This document shows positions 32,851 through 46,784 of a stretch of DNA of 64,000 bases, one piece after another; the stretch's first letter is position 1; each line of letters opens with the position of its first letter. The DNA lies in the NCBI GenBank assembly GCA_964016885.1, contig OZ024761.1, positions 24,924,001-24,988,000 of the forward strand, read 5' to 3'. Made by a program: the position numbers and the translations under genes. This stretch comes from Eledone cirrhosa (taxonomy: Eukaryota). Below the pieces are notes generated by a model that was not told where the DNA came from, ran no database searches, and worked only from the letters and a program-made list of their open reading frames with translations.

Positions 32851-33948
32851 TTACAAAGTATCAGTCCGGAGCCTTGTAGTTATGCAATAGATGTTGACGT
32901 GTGGACAACGTGTGAAAAATTCACCTCTCGTGTTTAGGCAATCACTATTGCGTAATCTCTTTAGAATAGTTATTCGTTCGTCAATACACAAGCCACGCGT
33001 CTGTTTTCCCCTTGCGTATGGCTTGGACTTAGTGATGGCTTTCCATTGGATGGAGTAGCCTATACTTGAGTCCTTCAGGGACCATACGTGGCAAGCGAGT
33101 TTCGTGGATGAACGTCTGTCCGGGTATCTGAAGGTAGACTGGTGGTGCAGGAAACGCTCCTTGAATCGGCCCTCCGCCATGCCCACATAGGATTTGACCT
33201 CCTGTGGTTCGTTTGGTCGGTTGGAAGTGACCACAGCTTCATAGATTACAGCTGGTGTGTTGCATTGCTGTTGAAGGGGGTAAGCTTCAGGCTTACGGCA
33301 AGAGCACCCTGGTGGCGTGTTGCTCCCAGGGCTGCTGGTGATGTGGGCCTTCATGTTCTTAGCGCCGGAGTATCCTAGTTTAACTTTGTGTCGGTTAAAG
33401 ATGGAGTGGTATTTATGACCTCTGGGAAAGTGTCTATCTAAGAGGGCTAGACATTGTTTTCCTACACTGGTTTTAACGTTGAGTGAGAAGGGAGGAGAGA
33501 ACCAGATAGCTTGTCTATTGTTGCGCTTACTTTTCTTAATGGTGTTGTTGCTAGTGGGAGAGTAAGTAATAGGTTGTGAGAAGCCGCTTTTAGCCAACGC
33601 CGTGTTGTAGTAGGGTGCCGCCCTTTCAACGATAGGCTTATTAGAAGAGAGGTTTGAGATTCTAGTACTGATATTCTTAACGGTGGGAGGGTGGCATGAG
33701 TCCTTGTGAATGTAATTAAATTTCTCGTCTAGCTTATGGAAGGGTCTGTGGGTGTGTGTGCGAAGGTCTAAATTAATGTCTAAGAAATCTACGCTAGAGA
33801 GGTTGGTGGCTACTCTTATCCTAAGGCCTAACTCATTGAAGGTAGAAGCTAAGTCTTTTTTAAACCGGTCGAGGTCGTGACCACTTTTATGGCTCGATAA
33901 AGTCAGTTCATCGTCACGGTATATTCCCGTGTGGAAGTCCGGGAATCT
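32851..33948 (-). pseudogene. PLE ORF remnant: reverse transcriptase C-terminal half, linker and GIY-YIG endonuclease
   Basis: Manual translation extends ORF 32851..33597 upstream without stops: RFPDFHTGIYRDDEL (YxDD catalytic motif)...VDFLDINLDL...YIHKDSCHPP...ISNLSS...YNTALAKSGF...IWFSPPFSLNVKT...CSC...AVIYEAVV...SYVGMAEGRFKERFLHH...CPH. These are typical PLE motifs. The N-terminus is missing. Confidence 0.92.
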
Positions 33949-34112
33949 AATTTTATTTTTATTTTATTTTCCACCTAAAAACTTTCCGGAATTTCGCAGT
34001 TATCTCCCTTACACCTCTCGCACGCAGTCTAGTATTGCCTGTGTGAAGTGACAGATTTATGCGCATGCGCGTTCGTACGGTTGACCTTCCTGTTCCTATA
34101 ACCATCCACATC

Positions 34113-34152
34113 CCGAGCTGAGGATCCGTTAAGGTGAAACAATTGTTCTCGG
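34113..34152 (+). ncRNA. minimal type I hammerhead ribozyme in the inverted PLE LTR
   Basis: CCGAG-CTGAGGA-TCCgttaaGGT-GAAA-CAATTG-TT-CTCGG. Stem I is a perfect 5 bp, the core is intact and stem III is palindromic. Predicted cleavage after 34147. Confidence 0.88.
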
Positions 34153-34202
34153 TATGGTGAACTAACTGTTGTGTAACCACTTCTATATATATATATATAT
34201 AT

Positions 34203-34342
34203 ATTATTTCTGAAGACAGCATATATATATGTGTAGGTATGTATATTTCCTCTGATAGTTTGTATAAATATTGTACATAGATCTATAGAATATGCATACC
34301 AACTCTAACACATATATATCCTTGAAACGATCGTAAAATGAT
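34203..34342 (+). ncRNA. hammerhead ribozyme with an extended (~107 nt) stem II
   Basis: ATTATTT-CTGAAGA-[ATATATATGTGT..GGTATGTATATT pairing with AATATGCATACC..ACACATATATAT]-GAAA-CGATCG-TA-AAATGAT. The base of stem II is mismatched. Confidence 0.65.
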
Positions 34343-34398
34343 GAATTTTTTTTTAATATAAGGAACTGTTTCTTTGTTTATTCATTATTTTATTAATT

Positions 34399-34437
<39 letters not shown>

Positions 34438-34439
<2 letters not shown>

Positions 34440-34712
34440 CCAAAGGTTAAACAAGGTTCATTGATTAATCAATGAATATAGTTTTACAATAGATTAGAAG
34501 CACTCAACAAAGAGGTTTTATGGAGTTATTAATATTAATTGGACTGCCAGGACTGTAATTGAACCATCAGCACAGTTGAGGTATGTCATACATCAATTTA
34601 TATATTTTATCTGATGAGGACGTACTGAGGAAACAGAAACGTACCTCCGAAATATATATAATAAAATATATTTGATTACATGAATGTCTATATTTATAAA
34701 TATTTTGAATTA
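34438..34712. mobile_element. TA-flanked hammerhead-bearing mini-element related to family A
   Basis: GGTATGTCA...TATTTTATCTGATGAGG is shared with 19363-19410. A very short inverted arm, ATATTAATT (34532), matches AATTAATAT (about 34708). Confidence 0.65.
34601..34670 (+). ncRNA. type I hammerhead ribozyme
   Basis: TATATTTTAT-CTGATGA-GGAcGTAC...GTACcTCC-GAAA-TATATA-TA-ATAAAATATA. Stem I is a perfect 10 bp and stem III is palindromic. Confidence 0.88.
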
Positions 34713-34743
<31 letters not shown>

Positions 34744-34783
34744 TATATATACACACACATATTTATTTATAAACACATTTATT

Positions 34784-34823
<40 letters not shown>

Positions 34824-35720
34824 TTTGTATATAGCGTGTCCTCAAAATATGTATGCGCACTTCATGAGCATTCTAATAAATATTGCCTGTAGACGTAATC
34901 AAATGTTGTATACATTTTTGGGGGACACACTGTATAGACTTAAGAAAATTATCCAAGAAAGGACAATACAACGAATGAAAACAAAACAATCCGAGAAACA
35001 AACTTTCAAGGAGAAACCTTAGAAAATTAGTTCCTGAATATAAATGGTATATACGAAGGACATAGATCTCTACGGTCCTCGGCCGATGAGATGGACATGG
35101 GCAGCTTCGCCCCCCTACCGACGCTACCGTTTTCTTTCATCCTTACTGGGACAATAAAATAAAGTACCAGTCATGCACTGAGGTCGATTTAATCGACTCC
35201 TCCCTCTATCTCCGTATAACTTTCTCTCTTACTCCCTTCCGCCTCACTCTTCGTCACACTCACTCTCTATTTCCGTCTATTTCCCTCATACACTCTCTGT
35301 CTCTCTCTTTGCTTGTCTATCTCTATATCACCCTCTCTTTAGACCCCCGCCTACCCTACTCCACCTTCAAGTACTCTGTCTCTGCATAAACATCACTTTA
35401 CACAATTCTCTCTTTCTTTCACTTACTCTCTATTTATCTATCTCCGTATAACCCTAAACTTACCCCTTACCATTTCTCTCTTTCACATACTCTCTCTGCC
35501 TATAGCCATATCACCCTCTCTTTACCCATAACTCTCTTTCTCTCTCTCTCTCCCACTATGTCGGTATCCCACTTTCTTTACCCCTTCACACCCTCTCTCT
35601 CTCTCTGTCATTATCTCCTTATCCCCCTCTCTTTTCCCCTCCGCGCCCCCTCTCTCTCACTCTCTCGGTATCCTCCTCTCATTACCCCCCCCTCTCACTA
35701 TTTTGGTATCCCCCTCTCTT

Positions 35721-35792
<72 letters not shown>

Positions 35793-36275
35793 TCTCCCTC
35801 TCTTTACCCCCCTCTCTCTCACTCTCACTATCTCGGTATCCCCCTCTCTTTGTCCATCCACGAAGCTCTCTCCCCCTGTCGTTCCTTTATTTATGTATGT
35901 CTATTTATCTCTCAATTCACTTGTAGATGTTCTTTCAATGAATGAGAATATTTTTCAATCTATTTTCATTCATTTATTCCTTATTCATTTCGTTTCTATC
36001 TCGATATCCTGTGGGACTAAAAGCTAGAAATATATATATATGTATATACACACACACACACACATATATATATATAGATATATCTATCCACACACATACA
36101 CATATATATATATATATATATACACACACATACATATATATATCTATACACACATACACACACACCTTTATATATATATATATATATTATAAATATAGGT
36201 CTATATATATATATATATATGAATATATATATATAGAAATGTATATATATTCATATAACCACACATACCTACATA

Positions 36276-36330
<55 letters not shown>

Positions 36331-36787
36331 CTTTATTTCCGTGTGGTGTTGTGCTGTATTAGGTTTTTGAAATGCTTTGTATTAGGAAGTGCTATATAAG
36401 GCAACTGCTGTCAATATACATAAGGTATATATATATGTATATGTGTGTGTGTATGTGTGTACATGTATGTATGTATGTGTGTGTGTACACATATGTATGT
36501 GTGTGGGCTGGTATTTTTTGATTTGTAGAATCAATTGAGAAACCCTCTCCTTGTTTGGTCCATCAATTCATTTGTGAACATATATATGTATCTTCTGCAT
36601 TACATAGTCATATACATGCATGTGTTCACACATACACACACACATATATACATATATATGTATATATATATATATATATATACACATTAATATACACGCA
36701 CATATATATATATATAGATATATACACATACGCATATATTTATATATGCACATATATATTCATACAAACATAAATATATACACACAC

Positions 36788-36820
<33 letters not shown>

Positions 36821-36889
36821 CACACACATTAATATATACACACACACACATATATATATATATAAATATATATATATACACACACACAC

Positions 36890-36928
<39 letters not shown>

Positions 36929-37018
36929 AACATACACATATATTTATATATATACACACATACACATATATTTATATCTGCACATATATAATCATACAAA
37001 CATATAAATATATACACT

Positions 37019-37049
<31 letters not shown>

Positions 37050-37757
37050 GTATATATATGGAAGTTACATGCATCCAAACAAACTCAGAATATACACATA
37101 CATACACTTATATATACTTATATACACATATTCAAGGAATGTGAGCCTTGTGTGTATATATGTGTGTATATATGTGTGTATATATGTGCGTGTATATGTG
37201 TTTTTATTGAAAAATATTTTTTTCTCATAATTTAAATTGATATATCTATGCGAATTGCGAATAATTTGAAGGAAAATGTGGTTGTGGTGGCGAGGTGGTT
37301 GGGGATGTAGTGTTGTGGGGTGGTGCTGGTGCTGGTGCTGTGGGGTGGTGCTCTGGGGTGGTGCTGGTGGTGCTGCTGTGAAGTGGTGGTATTGGAGGGA
37401 AAGGAACTGGCTGAGAATGTTTTTCACTATTCATAATAGACGTTCGTTTGTCGCATAAAGAATCCTAGTATAGATGAATGTGTATATACAAGTGTATATA
37501 TTGATTAGAATGAGCAAAAGTGTGACGTGTTGAGAGAGAGAGAGGGAGAGAGAGAGAGAGAGAGAGAGAGAAGAAAGTGTATATGATGGATATAACTCTC
37601 CATTCCTACCTGCAGACATATATATATATATACAAACACGATGTTATGCATAAATTATACATATGTTGATGTCTCCACACACCCATATATATATATTTAT
37701 ATATTTATACATACATAGATACATATATATATACCTATACATACATATACATACATA

Positions 37758-37789
<32 letters not shown>

Positions 37790-38001
37790 CCTATACATTC
37801 ATATACATCAAAATACTTATATATACATACATATTCATCCATATATATACATATATACCTATACATCCATGTATATACATATACTTATATATACATACAT
37901 ATACATTTATATACATACGCATATATATATACATACGCATATATATATATATATTTATATATATATATATATATATACATACATGTCCTTGTATTATTAT
38001 A

Positions 38002-38034
<33 letters not shown>

Positions 38035-38519
38035 AGTATATATATAAGTATATATAAGTTAAACGTGGAAGTTTCCGATTTAAAATGTTTTGCAGCTCAT
38101 ATAACTTGTGTCGTGTACACAATAGATAATTTATTACGTCAATAAAATGCTTTAGTTCTGTAACATTTTCTAGGTGATAAATATGGTTACAAACGATCAA
38201 CCATTTCATTATCCTATTTCTAAGGAAAGCTGCTGTCTACTTCTTTCACTTCATTTTTTTCAAAATAGTCAAAAATTTCGTGGTATTTAATAATACAACT
38301 CTCCTATGTATTGTCTGCTCACTGATAGGTTTCTGGTTGATCCTATAACATTGGCGATTCATGATCTTCTTGGCCCCCGAACCACATCCCTATTTACTGC
38401 TATCGGAGTGGAGTGGAGTTGCTGTTCCATCGTGCCTCTCCCAACGTACTCCGGGACGATGTATTTTCCATCCTGTAGGCCGGAACCCAGAGTAAGTTGG
38501 AGGCGGAGAATACTCGTTC

Positions 38520-38800
38520 TGACATCACACATTTACATACACTTCTTCTTCCTCGGCCACTTATCCCTGCGATGTTCATATCGGCAGAATCCTCAACCAC
38601 TCCCTCCAGCGAGTTCTGTCAGAAGCAATCCGCTCCAATTAATCCGGCTGTATCTGAAATATGACCAGCCAAATTCATGGATATTATACAGCAATTTTGC
38701 TCGGGCTCTCCTCCCGATTGGTTTTTGCCCGTAAAATCTGTCCAGTGATTCTAACCACAGACCGATAGTACCAGAGCTGTGACTCCTAAATTCGAACCAT
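38520..38800 (-). mobile_element. RTE-type LINE 3' fragment
   Basis: QKPIGRRARAKLLYNIHEFGWS. Homologous in DNA to 5950-6110 and 48330-48530. Confidence 0.65.
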
Positions 38801-39193
38801 ATATATCGCATTTTATAAGCATCTTAGTTTCTACAAATATTACAATAGAATTTATGATAACGTAAATATGAAAAGGCTTAATTTTATGTTAGAATAATTG
38901 TTACGTTATGTTGTAAACATCAATTTAATTAAATAACGAGAAAGTGAGTCTCTTAAAGTGAAGTTGGCAAAAGGAAACGTGGAGAACTACTGAATATGTC
39001 ATTTAGTCAATCTTTCAGGAAGTCACGAAAAAGCTAACAATTTTCATATTAAGTATATGTAACGTGTGACGTCCGAACGGGTACTATTCTCCAGCTCCAA
39101 CAACATGAGCCGGTTGCTTCCGACAGGACATGCCTGAAAGAGTGTTTGATATCTCTACCCACATAACCCTCTAAAGAATAAGTGGGCGAATAA

Positions 39194-39225
<32 letters not shown>

Positions 39226-39228
39226 TAA

Positions 39229-39411
39229 AGGAAAAGGTTCAGGACCCCGACGGCAGAGCTCAAGCCGTTTCTGTCCAGAAATAGCCGTCGAAACGGCTTG
39301 AGCTCTGCCGGCGGGGGCCTGAAACTTTTCCTATAACCCACTCTACTACCCAAAGTATCGAGTACTCTGGTGCGTTATAGTCCACCTGGTTACTTACCAC
39401 ACTTCCTTCGC

Positions 39412-39413
<2 letters not shown>
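39229..39413. mobile_element. fold-back mini-element, family D
   Basis: 39229-39271 is inverted relative to 39290-39332, with a tail on the right. The same family occurs as a direct tandem at 47116-47360. Confidence 0.75.
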
Positions 39414-39484
<71 letters not shown>

Positions 39485-39769
39485 CTTAAACTTTAATCTG
39501 TTATTTTAATATATATATATATATATATATAATTATATATTTGTGTACAGATATTTTTGCATACACAATAACAAAATATTAACAAAGGTATTTATTTCAC
39601 GAGACTCGATAAGCATAAATATATATCAAATATATAAGAACCCTAGAGCAAACCCCGAGGAACGCCGGGCTATTCTGCTGGTATATATTATATATTACAC
39701 TTTTCACATCGCTAAATTTTGATCTTTTTATATTGGTTATGATTTAGTCACAAGATCAACAATTTTGCT

Positions 39770-39935
39770 GGATGGGAAGTCGATTATATTGATCTCAGTG
39801 CATTACTGGTACTTTATTTTATCGAGCCCGTGAGGACGAAAGGCAAAGCTAACCACGGTAGGACTTGAACTCAGATCGTAAAGGGAGGTAAGCCTATGTC
39901 ATAAAGCATGTAATTCCACGCCCTACCGATACTAA
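39770..39935 (-). mobile_element. SINE copy, diverged
   Basis: CTGGTACTTTATTTTATCGA..GAAAGGCAAAG..TTGAACTCAGATCGTAAAGGG. Other fragments lie at 19224-19303, 35134-35200, 49500-49790 and 60290-60570. Confidence 0.75.
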
Positions 39936-40049
39936 AATATCTAACAATCCACTGTTAAAATATTGTCGATGAAATTGAAATAATTTTGATATATTATATT
40001 GAGAGCTTTTTAGATGAAACTAAAATCTAGTCTGTCTTCAGTCAGAAGG

Positions 40050-40310
40050 TTGGTTAGGCCGGTGCTTATCGTTGTTACATGACATAAAGCAACTAAGAGC
40101 AAAAGACGTTCCCCTGAACAGGACGCTAGTCCATTGTAGGTTTAATCCACCAGCTGTGGCTGGTACTCACTTTAAGCTGCGTATAATGGAGCGACGTGAA
40201 ATTAAGTGTTTTGCTCAAGATCATAACACGCAACCCTGCCCAGGAATTGAACCCAAGACATTATGACCGGTAGTCCAACAAACTTACCGCTAGGTCACGC
40301 GCCTCCACAT
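40050..40310 (-). mobile_element. second tRNA-derived SINE family
   Basis: The minus strand has a tRNA-like head (GGAGGCGCGTGACCTAGCGG...GGTTCAATTCCTGG), then TTGAGCAAAACACTTAATTTCACG and ATGGACTAGCGTCCTGTTCAGGGG. Related heads lie at about 46955-47035 (+) and about 60822-60886 (-). Confidence 0.65.
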
Positions 40311-40651
40311 GAATATAAACACTATTTTTATCCTTTACTATTTTCTTTTCATTAGACAGCGACCATACTGGTGCACCACTTTAAAGGGTGTTAGTCACAC
40401 ATATTAACTCCAGTATTTATGTTTTCATGTCACGCAGCTACGTCAATACATCATTGATCTCTTCTGTGTAACTCAGCAAACCATTAAGTTACGGGGCTAT
40501 AGACATAGACAACGGTGAAAGCAGCAATTCTTTGCTTAAACATTAATCTGTTATTTTAACATATATATATATATATATAGTAGTTAATAAATGAAACAAA
40601 ACAAAAAACGCAGGAGGCAATTTTACACTGTTATATTAGGTTCACGCTTGG

Positions 40652-40691
<40 letters not shown>

Positions 40692-41193
40692 TATCTATCT
40701 ATCTCTCTCTCTCTATATAATTATATAAAGATAGATAGATATATATACACATATATATGAGTCTATGTATATGATCTGTTTTCATAAACGTTGAGCAGAG
40801 GTGTATTTATTGAAAATCAACCTAGTGTTAGAAGCTTCAACACACGTACTTTTTCACTATATTAGATTATGTTTGCCAGTAAAACAATACGTGCGTTGAA
40901 CCTCCTAACTGTAGGCTAAATGTTTTATCTATCTATCTTCTATCTAATCCTAAAACTCTGCGATTGCTTGCTTGCTTGTCTGTAATGTAATACAGCCAAA
41001 TGGGTGCTTAATGGGAAAATACTTTGAAAGAAGTTGACCCTGAAATGGAAATACAAATGGAATAAAATAAGTTTCGCGTAAATCGGAGCACGGGGCCCGA
41101 GATATGGGTTTTGCTTAAAGGTTATATGAGTAATCATATAAGGGTACCTTATATGATGACTCTATTCTCTCTCTCTCTGTCTCTCTCTCTCTG

Positions 41194-41226
<33 letters not shown>

Positions 41227-41324
41227 GTATATATATGTATGTAAAAGATAAACAGATATAACAACACATTCAGTACAGTATATGGAAGGGATATATTAGG
41301 TTAACGCTTGATATAGCAGGAAGA

Positions 41325-41365
41325 GGTTCTTAACGTTACGGACGCTAGTCCTTCATCAGAAAAAA
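41325..41365 (-). ncRNA. hammerhead ribozyme remnant
   Basis: The minus strand reads CTGATGAA-GGACtagcGTCC-GTAA-CGTTAAGAA. GAAA is mutated to GTAA. Confidence 0.5.
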
Positions 41366-42559
41366 AGAATGCGAAATAAGATAGATTGAAGGGACGGGTG
41401 GGTTGTAATTGGAACAAATGTCTTTAGATAAATATAAGAGGTCCATTCATGTTGACATCTCTTGTATATATATATGTGTCACTGTATGTGTATGCGTGTA
41501 TGTATTTACGGATATACGTGTGTATACAACAATGGTCTCCTAAACAGCTTCGCAGCTTCCATCTAGGAAGTTTTCAGTCATGGAATTGGGTAATATGAAG
41601 CTATATTAGAGAAGACGTCTCGCCTAGACTTCTGTGATTTCTCACACGTAACTCTATTTCTAACTTGATTCTTCAGTTAACAACCATTGAAATGCTTTAA
41701 ATGTAATCTGGAGATTATATTCCAGAAAAAAGATTTACCATTCTTTACTAGAGTTTAGCTATAGTTTAGTCTTAAAGATTTCTATATAAATTTGTAGAAA
41801 CAAAAAAAAAAGTTTTTCGTTTCGAAAATAATTTATTTTATATTATATTCTCATTTTATTTTCTCTATATTTTATTTTTTATTCATTATTTCCTTTTCTC
41901 CTATTATCTTTCGTTTATCTGTTAAGGAGGAACAGTCATCCAGTTTTTCTCTTTATTTTGTTTTTCATATGTTTCTGTGTTTATGTGTGTGAGTTTGTAT
42001 GTGTTTCCTTTTATTTTTCTTTCAGAACCAGTTCCATTTGAACTGAATCAAGAAATTGAATCGTGACTAAGCCATATTTAATCAGACAAAACCAATCGAG
42101 AAACGCCTCTGGTTATTTGTCCTCTAAGGCAGATTTTGCCGTGGCTCAATGATATATATATATATATATATATAAATGCATATACATATATATGTATATA
42201 AATACATCTATATCTATTTATTTACATATATATATACAAATAAATACATATATAAACATACAATTATATACATATATACATACATATATGTATACATATA
42301 TATATATACATAAAAATATATACATATATATATATACATACAAATATATACATATATATATACATACAAATATACACATATACACATATATATACATACA
42401 AATATATAATTATATATACATACAAATATATACATATACACATATATATAGATACAAATATACACATATATATACATACAAATATATTCATATATATACA
42501 TACAAATATACACATATATATACATACAAATATATATATATATATATACATACAAATAT

Positions 42560-42596
<37 letters not shown>

Positions 42597-42863
42597 AATA
42601 CATTTGTTTTCTCTTAAAACCAAGAACTTAAAAACAAAGGACATCAGACAAAAAGGTAAAATTTTACTGAAGCCTATGAATATTATGATGATGGTGGTGG
42701 TGGTGGTTGTTTATGGTGGTGGATGGTGGTGGATGGTGGTGGTACCTCTGCTGCTGGTGTGGCTAATAGTAATGATAATAATAAAGATTATATTTATAAT
42801 AAATGATGATAAATATATGAGGAAAATTAAATAGCATCAACCAAAAGAGAAATATTACCAATG

Positions 42864-42901
<38 letters not shown>

Positions 42902-42990
42902 CACATATATATGTATATACACATATGTGTGTATATATATATATGTATATATACACATGTGTATATATATATATGTATACATATGTATAC

Positions 42991-43026
<36 letters not shown>

Positions 43027-43074
43027 ACTTATGTGTATATATGTATAGATATATATATATATATATATATGTAT

Positions 43075-43654
43075 ATTTCTACTTTTTGGCACAAGGCGTA
43101 CAATTATACCAGTACATTACTGGTACTTTATTTTATCGACCCCCGTAAGGATGAAAGGCAAAGTTAACCTCGGCGGGATTTGAACTCAGACCGTAAAGGG
43201 ACGTAACTGTGCTGCAAAGCATGGCGTCCGTCCCTCTACTGATACTGCCAATCCACCGCCCTATTAATAATAATTGTTCCTACTTTATGCACAAGGCCAG
43301 CAATTACCCAGTGCAGTACTGGTAATTTATTTTATCGACCCCGTAAGGATGAAAGGCAAAGTCAACCTCGGCGGGATTTGAACTCAGATCGTAAAGGGAC
43401 GTAACTGTGCTGGAAAGCATGGCGTCCGTCCCTCTACTGATACTGCCAATCCACCGCCCTATTAATAATAATTGTTCCTACTTTAGGCACAAGGCCAGCA
43501 ATTACCCAGTGCATTACTGGTACTTTATTTTATCGACCCCCGTAAGGATGAAAGGCAAAGTCAACCTCGGCGGGATTTGAACTCAGATCGTAAAGGGACG
43601 TAACTGTGCTGGAAAGCATGGCGTCCGACCCCTCTACCGATACTGCCAACCCAC
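43075..43654 (-). mobile_element. three near-identical tandem SINE copies (~198-bp period)
   Basis: The unit ...GATACTGCCAATCCACCGCCCTATTAATAATAATTGTTCCTACTTTA.GCACAAGGCCAGCAATTACCCAGTGCA... repeats with almost no spacer. Confidence 0.88.
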
Positions 43655-44373
43655 AATGATAATGATGACGTTGACGGCGACGAAGTCGATGTTTATGATG
43701 ATGATGTCGATGATGACGATGACACTCAAGACCCGATGAATAAGACTATGATGATGATGATGAAGTTCTTTCTATTGTAGGTACAGTTATTATCCAGACC
43801 CCATTTTAATTTACTCCTCTATATCTTTATTTTACTGTATTTCATTAATTGTTTGTTTATTTCCTTGATATTCTTTTTTCCTCTTCAAAATCTTTTCGAA
43901 GAAATAAACGAAAAGCTAAAATACTGAGAGTAAAATAGATTTAGAGGTAATCCTCTTATGGAGAACCAACTTTTCTATTTTACTTTTTATTTTCACTCAG
44001 TTTCATTGTATTTTATTATATATAGATTTTATTGTTTTAGTTTTCAAATGATAGCAAATGTTTGAAGGAGTATGTCGCTGTTTATATGTATATGTATGTG
44101 TATGTGTGTCTATGTGTATGTGTGTGTTGTGTCTGTGTGCGTGTAAGTATGTAGTTTGGTATGTGTGCGTGTATGTGTGTATATGTCTGTGTATGTGTGT
44201 ATATGTGTATGTGCATGTGTGTGTATATGTGTGTGTCTGTGTCTATGTGTGCGTGTAAGTATGTAGTTTGGTTTGGTATATACATATGCATGTATATATA
44301 TATATATATGTATGTATTTAGAGACAAACACACCGATGCAGACACACAGATAGACACGCCCAAAAACACTCAT

Positions 44374-44424
<51 letters not shown>

Positions 44425-44640
44425 GTGTGTATGTATACAAAGTCATATATACACACATACATTCAGACATACAGTCCTACAAAACCCGGTATACACTTAC
44501 ACACAAAAATTCATGCTCAAACAAAGGCACGAAAACACACACACGCCCACAACATACATATAGATAGATAGATGAATACACACATTATATATATATATAT
44601 ATATATATATAATTATATATGTATATGTATGTATATATAT

Positions 44641-44733
<93 letters not shown>

Positions 44734-44761
44734 TATATATATATACATATACATATATAAT

Positions 44762-44801
<40 letters not shown>

Positions 44802-45226
44802 TCACACACAGACATATGCACACACCTGTCTTATTATTTTCTCAAATAAAGAGGAAGTGGAGGAAGGATGAATTCTGTTGGAAATCAAAACAAAAATTAA
44901 AAGCATAAAATACACAAGAACCAGTGCGAAGCGTAAAAAAGACGGAAGAAAACAAAATGGCGCGCGTTATCTTCGGCGAAGAGCAAATAAGAGATTATCA
45001 TAACAGTACGCCAATAGACTTTACTCCTAAATTCACTTTCAGTTCGAGATTTTCGCGCCATTGTATTCCCATGCATAATGCAAAACTAAGAAGGACAACC
45101 GCCTTGTCATATCATTTTACTTAACGCAGCCTTCTCTATCTCTCTCTCTATATATTTTTTTTGTATCTATGAATATATACATATATACAAACACACACAC
45201 GTGTATCTGTGTGTAGTGTGTTTATG

Positions 45227-45259
<33 letters not shown>

Positions 45260-45436
45260 ACATATAGACACACCACACACACGTGTATCTATGTGTAGTG
45301 TGTTTATGTATATATATATGTATGTATATATATATATATGGATATGTATCTATGTATGTATAAACACACTACACATACATACACGCGTGTGTGTGTATAT
45401 ATATATATATGTACATATATATATATATCCAAGTAT

Positions 45437-45478
<42 letters not shown>

Positions 45479-45624
45479 GTGTGGATATGTATGTATGTAT
45501 ATATATATATATATGTGGATATGTATGTTTATATAATATATATATGTGTGGATATGTATGTATGTATATATATATATATGTGATATGTATGTTTATATAA
45601 TATATATATGTGTGGATATGTATG

Positions 45625-45673
<49 letters not shown>

Positions 45674-45692
45674 GATATGTATGCATATATGT

Positions 45693-45725
<33 letters not shown>

Positions 45726-45741
45726 TTGTAGATATGTATGT

Positions 45742-45778
<37 letters not shown>

Positions 45779-45896
45779 CGTTTGTAGATATAGATATGTA
45801 TGTATGTACATATATATATATATATGTTTGTAGATATAGATATGTATGTATGTATGTACATATATATATATGTTTGTAGATATAGATATGTATGTA

Positions 45897-45934
<38 letters not shown>

Positions 45935-45942
45935 TGTAGATA

Positions 45943-46002
<60 letters not shown>

Positions 46003-46210
46003 ATACATTAGTTTTGACATGTGTCCAATATTTATAGGAATATTCAGCTAATTTTTCTCATAGACTTCAGGTAGAGCATCCAAATATTCTGGCGACGGAA
46101 TTCTTTGTTCTTTACCACGATGCCATAAATACATACGGATATTTTCAGGTAAACATATGTAAATACACCCTCACACATACACACACACAGAGACACATGT
46201 ACATACACAT

Positions 46211-46253
<43 letters not shown>

Positions 46254-46387
46254 CGTATAGATATATATCAACCTATGATATATATCTATATGAAGTTGCA
46301 GCTAATATCTGGGAACGCGGATACACATTCGAACAATCACGTATAAGTGTCTGTGTATATGTGTATACTCACACACACATACACATT

Positions 46388-46437
<50 letters not shown>

Positions 46438-46484
46438 GTGTGTGTGTATATATATAGATTATAGATACATAGATAGATATTAAA

Positions 46485-46532
46485 CTTTACGCTATATATA
46501 CATATGTAAATATATCTATATTATACTTTACG

Positions 46533-46571
<39 letters not shown>

Positions 46572-46603
46572 CATATGTAAATATATGTATATTACCCTTT
46601 ACG

Positions 46604-46642
<39 letters not shown>

Positions 46643-46678
46643 CATATGTAAATATATGTATATTACCCTTTACGCTAG

Positions 46679-46709
<31 letters not shown>

Positions 46710-46749
46710 CATACATATGTAAATATATGTATATTACCCTTTACGCTAG

Positions 46750-46784
<35 letters not shown>

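Larger units (their letters stand above)
32597..34185 (-). mobile_element. 5'-truncated Penelope-like retroelement with a 3' pseudo-LTR, a tail and an inverted pseudo-LTR at the truncation point
   Basis: 32662-32845 is an imperfect inverted repeat of 33949-34185 (about 50-nt indel). Both arms contain a hammerhead motif. The RT/GIY-YIG ORF lies between them, and (TA)n flanks both sides. Confidence 0.92.

Noticed and set aside
33142-33378. Plus-strand ORFs at 33142, 8259 and 38306
   Set aside because: They are antisense shadows of retroelement sequence.
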